This document shows, piece by piece, positions 12,603 to 24,645 of a stretch of DNA of 64,000 bases. Both the position numbers and the translations under genes were made by a program. The DNA comes from Octopus vulgaris (taxonomy: Eukaryota). The notes below the pieces were generated by a model. The model searched no databases, was not told where the DNA came from, and saw only the letters and a list, made by a program, of their open reading frames with translations. The stretch lies in assembly GCA_951406725.2 (NCBI GenBank), contig OX597822.1, forward strand, positions 30,628,001-30,692,000, in the 5' to 3' direction. Numbering within the stretch: the first letter of the stretch is position 1; each line of letters starts with the position of its first letter.

Positions 12603-12756
12603 TTCTCGCTCTGTCTCTCTATACACACACAAACACAAACGCATGTATATACACACACATAGAGACGTGCACAGAGACACACACACACACACTATTCGGA
12701 CCTATAAGACCATTAGCAAAAACCACTGAACCATGACAGACTAGCCAAGAAAAAAA
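10725..12756. repeat. Degenerate (GT)-rich element with scattered inverted copies of its own fragments
   Basis: 11215-11278 vs 12693-12756, 11290-11331 vs ~12640-12685 and 11808-11871 vs 12311-12370 are inverted repeats. Decayed hammerhead-like motif on - at 10809-10855. Confidence 0.6.
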
Positions 12757-12916
12757 TACGCACACATATGTATATGTGTTTGTGCGTGTGTGTGTGAGTA
12801 GGCATATATATATATAGGGAGAGAGAGAGAGAGAAAGAGATAGAGAGAGAGAGAGAGAGAGAGGGGGGGAAGAAATATGTATGTATCTATGTATGTATCT
12901 ATCTAGTTATTTATCC

Positions 12917-12989
<73 letters not shown>

Positions 12990-13010
12990 GGAGTGTATTT
13001 GTTACGGCGT

Positions 13011-13085
<75 letters not shown>

Positions 13086-13672
13086 GTACATATACGTATA
13101 CTAACAAACGCACCCCTACTTTAGATGGTGTAACTATAATGAGGCACTCCTTTTGACGGTTTAAGTTGAATTAGCCTGCTGTTAGAAGTCGTTTCAAGTT
13201 GTTAAACATAAAATGCATAAAATGTAAAATTACCAGTTTCGTTAGCAGTAATATATGATACTAAGCAACCCAGGAAATGCATAAAGTTTTGGGATCTCAA
13301 ACTTGGCAGTTAGTAATAAATGAAAATCCATGAAATGGGATCGCAATTGTAGTATGCATTAGGGATCCTATATCTTACCTGAAGCATTCTGTATGATAAA
13401 CAAGAACAAACATTTACAGCAGAGACACAAATAGAATAATGGCATGTACAAACATCATTGTCAGAGCACGTTCATAAGCGAACATTACATTGAAGGTAAG
13501 ATACAGCAATCACAGAAATAAAGCAAAATATCAATAAAATGCTTGTAGGAAGTCTGATTGCCAACTGCTGCAGTTTGGCGTAGATGTGAAGATTGCAGTA
13601 GATGAGTAACTACTGTAGGACTGTTTTATAGACCACATTTTTAGTTTGTCCTTCAGGCCAACTCTAGAACAA

Positions 13673-13900
13673 CCTATTTCTTTACTAGCCACAAGGGGCT
13701 AAACACAGAGAGGACAAACAAGGACAGACACATGGATTAAGTCGATTATATCGACCCCAGTGCGTAACTGGTACTTAATTTATCGACCCCGAAAGGATGA
13801 AAGGCAAAGTCGACCTCGGCGGAATTTGAACTCAGAACGTAACGACAGACGAAATACCGCTCAGTATTTCGACCGGTGTGCTAACGATTCTGCCAGCTCG
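13673..13900 (-). mobile_element. SINE family C
   Basis: CCCCGAAAGGATGAAAGGCAAAGTCGACCTCGGCGGAATTTGAACTCAGAAC core, as at 55752-56337. Confidence 0.9.
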
Positions 13901-14283
13901 TCTAGAACAACCGACGTCCACGTGAAAAGCATGACGTTCGGAAATCCAATCCGACAACTCTCAGCGATTGACTTTCTTAATTGTCATAGCGAAACTGAAT
14001 TTGAGAGGGAACTGAATCTCTGCATACAATAGGGGCAGTCTGTTGGGGTTTGCGGAACTTTCGGAATAAAAAGGGCATTCATTTTAGGTACAGCAAATTC
14101 TCCTGCTGAGGAGAATTGACGCTCTAGCAAAGAATTTGAAATCAAGATCCAGGTATATATTCTATGGTTTTTATGCTGAGATAATATGTTAAATTCCACT
14201 CGTTTGCCCGATTTCTGTTGGTCCGTTACATATTTCGAGTGAGATTGGTGGTTCTTTCGGGCTTTTTTACCCTCTGATATCAT

Positions 14284-14336
<53 letters not shown>

Positions 14337-14386
14337 TTACTCAGGATTCACAAAATGATGTCCATTAACGTGCTGATTTAACCTAG

Positions 14387-14406
14387 GCATTGTATATGAA
14401 AAGAAA
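14387..14406 (+). CDS. Candidate 20-nt exon of the host gene (ALYMKRK)
   Basis: ACCTAG| ... |GTAAGT; ends in phase 2, matching the next exon. Polypyrimidine tract is weak. Confidence 0.4.
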
Positions 14407-14786
14407 GTAAGTATAATGAATAAACCATCAATCAGTTACACAAATAATTTTTTCTGAAATGTTTTTGATAATCTTACACTTTCTGCCTTTGATATAAAGA
14501 GTCTGTTAACTCTGTTGTATAACTGGCAATTTAATGGCATATGTTAATTAGTTAATATGGTACACTGCTTCATTTATTTGCGTAATGTACGATTTTAGTA
14601 AATACATTCTATTTAATATAGATATAGAAGTGATTTATAACTACGCTGGAGTTCTTCAAACAGGATATAAACGCTCTGCCTCCTCTGCCGTGTTCCAGCT
14701 TATGTTTCGTCAGTAGCCTAGCGGTTACAGCATTATTTAAATTTGGTTCCTAATAATCGTTGCTTGTTCGTAACTATATCAGAACG

Positions 14787-15605
14787 TGGGTAGGCTGAAG
14801 AGTTCATAGGCTGAACAAGACACTGTCATGGAATCTGACTAAATGTGTTTTGCCCTTCAATATAGATCCTCTTGCGGTCCATACATTCTTTCATCGATTT
14901 TACAGTGCTTGGATCCCATTGGTGAAGAAGCGTAAATCCTATTAGTCAAAACGTCACTTTGTCTTTAGTTAAAAGTGGTGAATCCAAAACTCAGATTTGT
15001 AAATGTTCAAGAAAATAAGCTGAATCTGCCTGAAACAATGTCATCAGCCCGGTGCGTTTTAGATCAGGTGTTTGAAGACGTAGCACCCACCAAGCAGAAA
15101 CCTTCACCATGCCAAGTTCGCTATGCAGAAATATTCTCAACCCTCTCACGGGATATGCTAATAACATTGGCTATTTGATTTATAGTCAATTGCCTACCAT
15201 CCATCACCATGTGGTGAACATGGTCAATAGTTTCCTTAGTGGTGGCAGTTGTAGGACGTCCAGACTTTGAGTCATCTTTAACACTCTCCCTCCCACTTCT
15301 AAATTTAGCTTCTATTTTTGCACAATTGGTACATTTAGAGTGTCACCCACTTATGTAGCAACCATGCCAGTATGAATGTCGTTGGGGCTTAAAACGTTTT
15401 ATCTGCTGATACTTGGTAACACCACGATGCCAAATTATGTTGACTTTCAAATGAAATCACTACTCTTTACTTTTGAAGTCTTCTTTGAAGAGTCAGATGG
15501 GAGTTTGCCAGGAGAAACAATGAAGTTATTAATAAGGAGGGTTGACATTAATGCATGCAAGATTTCACAGCTCATTTATAGACATCCTATGAACTGTTTA
15601 GCCAT
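14787..15605 (-). mobile_element. Internally deleted mariner element with TIRs
   Basis: TIRs GGCTGAAGAGTTCATAGGCTG (~14793-14813) and CATCCTATGAACTGTTTAGCC (~15582-15603). Minus-strand peptide GRESVKDDSKSGRPTTATT...RQLTINQIANVISISRERV is typical of mariner. Confidence 0.75.
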
Positions 15606-15930
15606 TTCTATGCCATTTGTTGACAATCAATGATATAGCCAATCGAATGGTGATGTACATGTAAGTATTAAAACACTCTCTCAATGTTTGTCAGAAAAAT
15701 AATAATCTGATAAAATATAAATACAGCTGGTTTTTGATTGCATTCAGAGTTTCTTTTTTTTTTAATGAGTGGTTTTGTTAGATATAACTAGAAAAATTAT
15801 AGCCTGACAATTGTATATAGCATTTGAAAAATGATTAAAGTAATACACTAAAGAAGGTATATTATTTTATTGGAACATCATCTATACTGTCTAGTGTCTT
15901 CTAAATCGTTTGTTTTATATTTGGAAACAG

Positions 15931-16205
15931 ATTAAAAGAAAACCGAAAGAAGCAAGTTTCTAAAGTACAGCAAATAAAGAAATTGGAGGGATCTATCTGT
16001 CAATCACAGTCCGAAGATGTATTAGGTGTCCCTGTTGTAACCAATGCTCTGCCGCATATAGTAAATGACGATATGTACATGGGACCACTGAATAACATAT
16101 ATAATGGTTCGATAATAAATCATAACCCTCTACATGCATTGTCACAGTCCAAAGCGAATTATGATGGAGATTCTGATAGGAAAGGAGTTGATCAAAATTA
16201 TGAAA
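15931..16205 (+). CDS. Host gene internal exon (LKENRKKQ...DQNYE)
   Basis: TTGTTTTATATTTGGAAACAG| acceptor, |GTAAGT donor, open frame over 275 nt. Confidence 0.7.
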
Positions 16206-16713
16206 GTAAGTTATATTTTTCTATGCTACATTTTATATATTCAGGAAACATTAAAAGAAGTGTTGATCTCGAATAAAAATTTTAAATATTACCGTGAAAA
16301 ATATATTTATATTCATTTAGGTTTTGAGTTGAAATTTCCCCATAATATCTCAAGGTAGCGGCCTTGTGAGCGTGTTAGAAATCGTTACATCAAGGAAAGA
16401 AATAATAACAGTGGATGGAATACTTTGTAGAATACAAGATGAAATGGTTGCGTTGCTTTGTTATGGTGCTGTTGCTTTCAGCCTTTATTCCAGTATGCTC
16501 AATAAAATAGGCAATTTTAAATTTTAAATCAATTACATTTCTCCATCGAAATATTTGGTCTCACATGAATGAAAAGATATCAACTATAAAAAGAACAAAA
16601 AATAAACGCAGAAATATTATTTTGGGATTCAGAAGAAATGCAGCGTGTGTTTTTTATAATTCTTCATTTCTGTCGCAGAGAAACCATAGACATTGTCGCA
16701 GTGACGGTAGTGA

Positions 16714-16891
16714 AGGCGGCGAGCTGGCAGAAACGTTAGCACGCCGAGGTCGACTTTGCCTTTCATCCTTTCGGGGTCGATAAATTAAGTACCAGTTACG
16801 CACTGAGGTCGATGTATTCGACTTAATCCCTTTGTCTGTCCTTGTTTGTCCCCTTTATGTTTAGCCCCTTGTGGGTAGTAAAGAAATAGGT
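16714..16891 (+). mobile_element. SINE family C, internal deletion
   Basis: Head joined directly to GAGGTCGACTTTG at a CGCCG microhomology. Confidence 0.85.
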
Positions 16892-17339
16892 AGTGAATGT
16901 TGCTGCTCCAAACAAAATTTAATCCAACAGCAACAAATGTAAAATGCATACTAAAACAATCAAACTATGTATTTTTGATAAATCCGCTAATTTAAGTAAC
17001 GGTTGGAATTTTTAAAAGGAATTCATTATATATTGAAATACAAAGCACTCCTACAATTTTACAAGGGAATTTAAAACACAGAGTGCGATATATATTTCAG
17101 GACTTATTTGGTAATCTACCAAAAACCAAATGCATTTTAATATAAACTTGCGCACATGCTCTCATTAACTTCCTTATCAGATAATTCTATGGATCCACAT
17201 TGTCCTTCGATATCTGTTTTATTGTGGGATCGAGTTTGTTCATATGCCTGCACTAAATAGTCGAACACCAACTGAGTAATAGTGAACTTCAGGGAAGATA
17301 GAGTGAAGATATAGATTAGATTCTTTTTCATCAATGTTC

Positions 17340-18150
17340 CAAGTCTTGTAGTCATCTGGGCTTTACATATGGCGAGTTTGAGGCCACACGTCTGGTGTTA
17401 CATGAACATAAAGTTCATCTGCCAGCCATTCTATGTTGAAAGCGCTGAGTCTTGTTGAAACATGAGTTCTCTTTCACTGCATACTTCATCCATCCAGCAC
17501 TTAACACCTGACTCTAACACCTCAATGTATAGAGCAGCATTTATTCCAAGACTTTCACAAAAGATGTCAGGAGACTTATAGTGACCTCTGTTATTCCCCA
17601 AATCTAAAACCAAATACAGTTCCTGAAAATTCAGTGTGCATTTCTCTGGGGATATTAAATTTCATAAGACGTTTGGTCTTGGTCGAAGATTTTCTCATCA
17701 TAGAAGAAACAAACCATGCCATGTTCGTTAGTGTTTGTAACATTAAGTATATCTTGGCGAGTATCAAATAATTTTCCTCTGTCCTTGCAAACATGAATTT
17801 GCCTCTTTCCAGTAAATACAACTTGCATAGAAAGTCATCGTGGTTATGATAATTCACTCCGACACCTGAAGATCTTTAGTGAGGGTCTACGTTGATTTAC
17901 CCGAATCATCATCGATAATGTACCCGTTGGATGAATTGTGATATCCTTCAGTATCCGAAAATCTAGGATGTGTTTATTTCTCTTTGATACAGTTGAAACG
18001 TTTCCATAGAGGCTTTCTATTCTATCCAACATTCGCGTGCAAAAGATTTTGAGGAATTTAGAAAGTTATTTCGCACATATGGCTATTATGACTGCATGCT
18101 TTTCTCTTTTCATGTTAACACTTTACTATTAAAAATCTGAAGATACTAAA
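17340..18150 (-). mobile_element. Degenerate Tc1/mariner-superfamily transposase
   Basis: Fragments FFYDEKIFDQDQ and INAALYIEVLESGVKCWMDEV...MFQQDSA carry the first two catalytic-Asp motifs. Confidence 0.65.
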
Positions 18151-18937
18151 AACACTTAATTGTTTTGAAGATGGAAGTATACTGATAATTAGATGTCTCA
18201 ATCACTCCCCGTATATTTAGTTCTTGAAATTTTCAACCTAAAAGTTGCATTTTTTCCTATTATTTCAAAATGCATATTTGTAATATTAATATTTTTCGCT
18301 TACATATTTTCTTATTGTGTGATTACTCTATATTAAGGATGTATTAATATTAACTAGTACTTACAAAGTAGGATATACAAATTTTATTAATTTCAAAATT
18401 GCATATTTCTATATAGAATATTTCATTTTATCTCAAATTATTGTGTTATTATAGCAGTTAATAAATTTGTATCGCTTCCCCTATATGTTTAATTCTTATT
18501 TACCCGAATGTATTTATCGGCCTGATGAAATACATGGATTGTAAAAACTTCATATGCTTTGGAACATTCAAAAGAACGGGTTGCAAAACTCCGGTATTGC
18601 CACTATTTTGGAAATTTAATATACTTCTATTCCATTTATTTTCTGTATACTACCGCATTTCTCAGACTAACTTCCCGCCGCACAATGACCATCATTAATT
18701 CAATTGTGAAATTATTCCTAAATCCAAAGTCCAGATTTTGTGACCTACATATAATCGATATAAGCAATATAAATTACTAGACAAATCGCATTTCATCGTA
18801 CGTTTAGTGATATTTATTGTATTATATTTACGATTCCAAATTGAATCATCTGCACTAATGTGCATCAGAGAGTTTATGGTGACATATTTTCGCAGTAAAA
18901 ATTGTTGACACATATTTTAATTTCGCTTTCTTTACAG

Positions 18938-18968
18938 GTATTACAGATTATAACACGTCACAACCATT
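18938..18968 (+). CDS. Host gene 31-nt microexon (SITDYNTSQP)
   Basis: TTTCGCTTTCTTTACAG| ... |GTAAGT; phase 1 in, phase 2 out; open. Confidence 0.65.
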
Positions 18969-19121
18969 GTAAGTCTATTTTCTCCCAATATATTTAAAGT
19001 TTTGTTAGCAATACGCAATACCCGCTTATAAGCCTCTTCACTCTGTCTGTCTGCCTTTCTATCTCTGTCTCACTCACTCACTCTCTCTCTTTATTAACTA
19101 TCTATCTATCTATCTATCTAC

Positions 19122-19180
<59 letters not shown>

Positions 19181-19309
19181 CCTATCTATCTATCTATCTA
19201 TCTTTCTGTCTACCAATCTATCTATCTCTCTATCTATCTATCTTTCTGTCTACCGATCTATCTATCTCTCTATTTATCTATTTATATATAGATATGCACA
19301 CACACAATA

Positions 19310-19378
19310 TACTTTGATACTTTGATAGGTTTCGGCCATTATTGGCCCAGGCCATGTCTAACTTAATAGCACCACCTG
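19310..19378 (-). mobile_element. 3' stub of a CR1/L2-group LINE
   Basis: Reverse complement GGTGGTGCTATTAAGTTAGACATGGCC..GAAAC matches the LINE tail at ~59608-59660. Confidence 0.7.
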
Positions 19379-19385
19379 GTGGTGC

Positions 19386-19448
<63 letters not shown>

Positions 19449-19571
19449 TATGTGTGTGTGTGTATGTGCGTGTATATATATATACTTATAAAAACGTTTC
19501 ATATATTTGTAGTATATTATGTTTGTATAACATGCATAATCAAATATGGTGTCTGTACATATCATTAATAT

Positions 19572-19612
<41 letters not shown>

Positions 19613-19744
19613 AAAATAGTAAAGTGTGAAAAAACGACAGAAGGCTTAAATGTTAAAAAATGTATATATTTGTGTCAAAATGTCTGGAGAATATTGGAAA
19701 AATTTTTTTCCCTTCCTTAAAATGTCATAATTTAAAAATTTTTA

Positions 19745-19784
19745 AAGAAATTACCGGTTTCGCGTGTAGCTTTTCAAATTTCTT
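19745..19784 (-). ncRNA. Minimal hammerhead ribozyme, U3:A8 variant (left pseudo-LTR)
   Basis: Reverse complement of 24187-24226. Confidence 0.7.
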
Positions 19785-19920
19785 ATGACGTTATGTTTAT
19801 ATTGCATGGAATTATCGTTGTTTTTATTTCCAGGAGATTTCTAAATAAGGGGAGGTAGTGAGTGATTTTTTCCGGTGTAGGGGAGATAATCGCTTAAAAA
19901 TTTTTTTTCCCTTTTCCTTG

Positions 19921-22628
19921 TTAATTTCTCTGTGTCAGTATGTTCGGATGGTTGAGTCTGGGTTTGTACTTTTCAATGAAGAATGTTTCCTTGTTCAGTC
20001 TCATTTGTGTTGATGATCCGAAAGCACATTGGTAAAATGGGAAGATTAAAAATTGTGGCAGTAGTTGCTTTGCGCATTTCTCAATGTGCTCACTAAAAGG
20101 TATCATTCTATATTCTGGGAATGCAATCTGTTGTCGATGCAGTGTGCATCTGCGCCTGAGTGATAGTCCCGTGGAACCCACGTAGTCTTGGTGGCAGCCC
20201 GAGCATTTAATAACATAAATTATGTTTTCAGAGGCACAAGTAAAGTTAGATTTGATCTTAAATTTCTGTCCCTCTTTAAAGAAGAATTCTGATCCTTCCA
20301 ATAGGTTAGGACATGTTGCACAGTTCGATCTACCACATTTTTTTACTTTTGCATCCGTAATTTTAGAAGACAATTTTGCCTTTGTGAGAATCTTTTTAAG
20401 TGATTTAGGCTGTTTGTAGCTTTTAATGATTTGGTGTATGTTTAGAATTTCCTTTAATTTTGGGTTTTTATGAAATATTGGTAAATTCTGGGTGATGATG
20501 GTGAAGGCTTCTTTGTTTCTGGGGTTGTATGTAGATATGTAAGGTAGTATTTTCGGGGAAGGTGTGTTGTTGTGTTGAACTTTTCTTAAAGTTTCTATGT
20601 TGATTTCTGTTGCACGTCTGATCCCATCCTCTATGAGTTGAGCTGGGTAATGTCTGTCAATTAGGGTGTTTTTGAGTTCTTGCAGTCTAAAGTTCCTGGT
20701 ATTTTGTTCTGACACTATTGTGCATATCCTTCTTGCAAGGTTGAAGGGGATGTTTGTTTTAGTGTGTCTTGGGTGGCATGAATTAAAAAGAAGGTATTGT
20801 TTGGCGTCTGTGGCTTTGTAAAAAATGTCTGTTTCTATTTTAAGGTTAATTTTTTTAATTAGTATATCCAAGAACGGGAGCTCCTTTTGGTTGTATTCCA
20901 TTGTGAACTGTATATTTGGGTTTATGCTGTTCAATAGGTTTTTAAATTTTAGGAGTTTATCTATGTTTTCATTCCAGAGAATGAAACAATCGTCTAGGAA
21001 TCGTTTCCAATTCTCTTTTATGTATTGAGAGAGGGAGTTTCCAAAGATTGATAGAGATTCCTGGTAAATGATTATTTCCATGTATCCCATTGTTAAGTTC
21101 GCAATGACTGGTGCTGCCCTTGTACCCATAGCAATTCCGGATTTTTGACGGTAAAATGTATTGTCAAACATGAAGTGGTTATTGTGTAGGATGAATTCAA
21201 TTGATTTAGTAATGAATTCCTTACTGATCCTTTTTGGTATTTCTTCCGGAAATTGGTCTAACCAGAATTGTATTGCCTCCAGTCCATAATTATGAGGTAT
21301 ACTGGTATACAAGTTGACTACATCAAATGAAACCAGGATTGTTACTGCCTTGGTTTTTTTTGGGAAGGTGGTTTAACATATCTAAGTCATCTCTGATATG
21401 GCTATCGATATGTTTAAGGAAGGGTTTCAAGAGGATGTCCATAAGTAGACTTAGTCTGTGTGTTTCACAGGTTGGGCCAGCTACAATGGGTCGTAGTTTT
21501 AGGTCCCCCGGATTAGTTGTGTGTATGTATGTCTTTGGTGATTTTTTAATGGTTTCATTTATAATTTGACTTTTATGAATTTTTGGCAGACCATAGAAAA
21601 GGCTAGGTTTGCATTTAAAGTTTGTTAGGAAATCAATCTCTTTGGTTGTCAGTTCCTTTTCATGGGTTTTAATTAGTGAAGATAGAGTTTTCATTATTTT
21701 TTGTGGGGTGTAGTTGGTAATTTTTTCATAATGTAGGTCTTCATCAAGCAAGGAAATTACAAGATTTCTGTAGTATGATGTATCCATTATTACAACTGCA
21801 TTTCCCTTGTCCGCTTCCTTAATGGTTATATCTTCATCATTTTGGAGTTCTATCAGTTCTTTCCATTGTGTATTGTTAAAATTTGGGTTAGCTTTCTGTT
21901 TATGTATAGTATGGTAGGGGAAGTTCTCAATGTGGTTACAGAATTCGTCAAGATCTTTATTTCTTCCTCTGTGTGGGATGTGTTCACTTTTGTTCTTGAC
22001 AAGTGATTCATCTTCAGTATTGAAACTGTTTGATGCTTCTGCTAGTCTTAATTTTCTGCAAAATTCTGTTATATTATCCTTGAGTTCATTTAGGTTTGCT
22101 CTGCGTGGAGTTGGTGTAAATTTGAGCCCTTTTGCGAGGATGTCAATTTTTATGTTAGAAAGAGGTTTGGTTGAAAGATTGATTATCTTCGGTTTTTCCT
22201 TATTACTAGGTTCCAGCCTGTGTCCTGGTGTCCCTGGTCCCTGGCTAAAAAATGTTGGGTGTAATTTTGTTTGTATGAGTTGTCTGTGAGGTTGTGTGGT
22301 ATTTGGTCGGGGGAGTGGTGGTATTGTTGCCTCCGATCGTTGTGTGTGTGGTGGGAATCTATGGTTGTTAATGCTTGTGGTGTGTGTAAAATTTCTGTAT
22401 GGGGAATATTTTTGTTTCGAACTTCTTGTATGTGGGATGTTGCTTGACATAGTGTTTCTTTGCGTTTGTCTTGTGTTTAGTGGGGACCAGTAGTTTTGGT
22501 TCATGGGGTAGTAGTGATTTGTGTATGGTGTATTTCTTATCCTAGTGTCGTATTGTGCTGTATGGTGGTTGGGTCTGGTATTAGGATGTTGTTGGTTTGT
22601 TCTGTTTTTGGTGTAATTTCTTTCATAG
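19921..22628 (-). CDS. PLE polyprotein (RT + Cys linker + GIY-YIG endonuclease), one frameshift at an A8 run (21354-21361)
   Basis: IINLS..LAKGLKFTPT, IKEADKGNAVV, FYGLPKIHK, LRPIVA, SFDVVNLYTSIPH, GIAMGT, RFLDD, PFLDI, CGRSNCATC, IIYVIKCSGC..YVGSTG, RLNKE. Confidence 0.92.
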
Positions 22629-24050
22629 ACAATCCTGGTTTCATTTGATGTAGTCAACTTGTATACCAGTATACCTCATAATTATGGACTGGAGGCAATA
22701 CAATTCTGGTTAGACCAATTTCCGGAAGAAATACCAAAAAGGATCAGTAAGGAATTCATTACTAAATCAATTGAATTCATCCTACACAATAACCACTTCA
22801 TGTTTGACAATACATTTTACCGTCAAAAATCCGGAATTGCTATGGGTACAAGGGCAGCACCAGTCATTGCGAACTTAACAATGGGATACATGGAAATAAT
22901 CATTTACCAGGAATCTCTATCAATCTTTGGAAACTCCCTCTCTCAATACATAAAAGAGAATTGGAAACGATTCCTAGACGATTGTTTCATTCTCTGGAAT
23001 GAAAACATAGATAAACTCCTAAAATTTAAAAACCTATTGAACAGCATAAACCCAAATATACAGTTCACAATGGAATACAACCAAAAGGAGCTCCCGTTCT
23101 TGGATATACTAATTAAAAAAATTAACCTTAAAATAGAAACAGACATTTTTTACAAAGCCACAGACGCCAAACAATACCTTCTTTTTAATTCATGCCACCC
23201 AAGACACACTAAAACAAACATCCCCTTCAACCTTGCAAGAAGGATATGCACAATAGTGTCAGAACAAAATACCAGGAACTTTAGACTGCAAGAACTCAAA
23301 AACACCCTAATTGACAGACATTACCCAGCTCAACTAATAGAGGATGGGATCAGACGTGCAACAGAAATCAACATAGAAACTTTAAGAAAAGTTCAACACA
23401 ACAACACACCTTCCCCGAAAATACTACCTTACATATCTACATACAACCCCAGAAACAAAGAAGCCTTCACCATCATCACCCAGAATTTACCAATACTTCA
23501 TAAAAACCCAAAATTAAAGGAAATTCTAAACATACACCAAATCATTAAAAGCTACAAACAGCCTAAATCACTTAAAAAGATTCTCACAAAGGCAAAATTG
23601 TCTTCTAAAATTACGGATGCAAAAGTAAAAAAATGTGGTAGATCGAACTGTGCAACATGTCCTAACCTATTGGAAGGATCAGAATTCTTCTTTAAAGAGG
23701 GACAGAAATTTAAGATCAAATCTAACTTTACTTGTGCCTCTGAAAACATAATTTATGTTATTAAATGCTCGGGCTGCCACCAAGACTACGTGGGTTCCAC
23801 GGGACTATCACTCAGGCGCAGATGCACACTGCATCGACAACAGATTGCATTCCCAGAATATAGAATGATACCTTTTAGTGAGCACATTGAGAAATGCGCA
23901 AAGCAACTACTGCCACAATTTTTAATCTTCCCATTTTACCAATGTGCTTTCGGATCATCAACACAAATGAGACTGAACAAGGAAACATTCTTCATTGAAA
24001 AGTACAAACCCAGACTCAACCATCCGAACATACTGACACAGAGAAATTAA
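22629..24050 (+). CDS. Inverted partial PLE ORF: RT motif A through GIY-YIG
   Basis: The 463-aa ORF equals the minus-strand copy except for one F/L substitution. Confidence 0.9.
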   Translation, partial: TILVSFDVVNLYTSIPHNYGLEAIQFWLDQFPEEIPKRISKEFITKSIEFILHNNHFMFDNTFYRQKSGIAMGTRAAPVIANLTMGYMEIIIYQESLSIFGNSLSQYIKENWKRFLDDCFILWNENIDKLLKFKNLLNSINPNIQFTMEYNQKELPFLDILIKKINLKIETDIFYKATDAKQYLLFNSCHPRHTKTNIPFNLARRICTIVSEQNTRNFRLQELKNTLIDRHYPAQLIEDGIRRATEINIETLRKVQHNNTPSPKILPYISTYNPRNKEAFTIITQNLPILHKNPKLKEILNIHQIIKSYKQPKSLKKILTKAKLSSKITDAKVKKCGRSNCATCPNLLEGSEFFFKEGQKFKIKSNFTCASENIIYVIKCSGCHQDYVGSTGLSLRRRCTLHRQQIAFPEYRMIPFSEHIEKCAKQLLPQFLIFPFYQCAFGSSTQMRLNKETFFIEKYKPRLNHPNILTQRN

Positions 24051-24186
24051 CAAGGAAAAGGGAAAAAAAAATTTTAAGCGATTATCTCCCCTACACCGGA
24101 AAAAATCACTCACTACCTCCCCTTATTTAGAAATCTCCTGGAAATAAAAACAACGATAATTCCATGCAATATAAACATAACGTCAT

Positions 24187-24226
24187 AAGAAATTTGAAAA
24201 GCTACACGCGAAACCGGTAATTTCTT
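24187..24226 (+). ncRNA. Minimal hammerhead ribozyme, U3:A8 variant (right pseudo-LTR)
   Basis: AAGAAAT | TTGAAAA | GC tacac GC | GAA | ACCGGT | A | ATTTCTT in the PLE 3' UTR. Confidence 0.72.
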
Positions 24227-24396
24227 TAAAAAATTTTAAATTATGACATTTTAAGGAAGGGAAAAAAATTTTTCCAATATTCTCCAGACATTTTGACACA
24301 AATATATATATTTTTTAACATTTAAGCCTTCTGTCGTTTTTTCACACTTTACTATTTTCTTATATATTCACCCACGTGCTTTACCAAACAAACTTT

Positions 24397-24441
<45 letters not shown>

Positions 24442-24645
24442 CTACAAATATATGAAACGTTTTTATAAGTATTTTCCATGATCTACTGTCATATAGCACA
24501 CTCGCGCCATTTTTCATTTTCGATTTCATGTCTCCAGTCATCAAGTATCTCGAATTGGAAACGATGGAATCAAATTAGTGCTGGCCTATAATTTCTATAC
24601 GATATCTTTAGAGAAAATCTTAACAATATATAAATATATATATAT

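Larger units (their letters stand above)
19604..24400. mobile_element. Young Neptune-type Penelope-like retroelement: 5'-truncated copy (-) joined head-to-head to an inverted 3' copy (+)
   Basis: Arms 19604-21342 and 22629-24367 are near-identical inverted repeats; 1286-bp spacer encodes the N-terminal ORF part; (TA)n on both flanks. Confidence 0.95.

Noticed and set aside
13905-14283. Minus ORF with CPYC..RFSSL, zinc-finger-like (R2/NeSL-type N-terminus?)
   Set aside because: No His ligands and no linked RT; evidence too weak.
20222-23749. Short antisense ORFs over the PLE
   Set aside because: Shadow frames of the RT/EN ORF.
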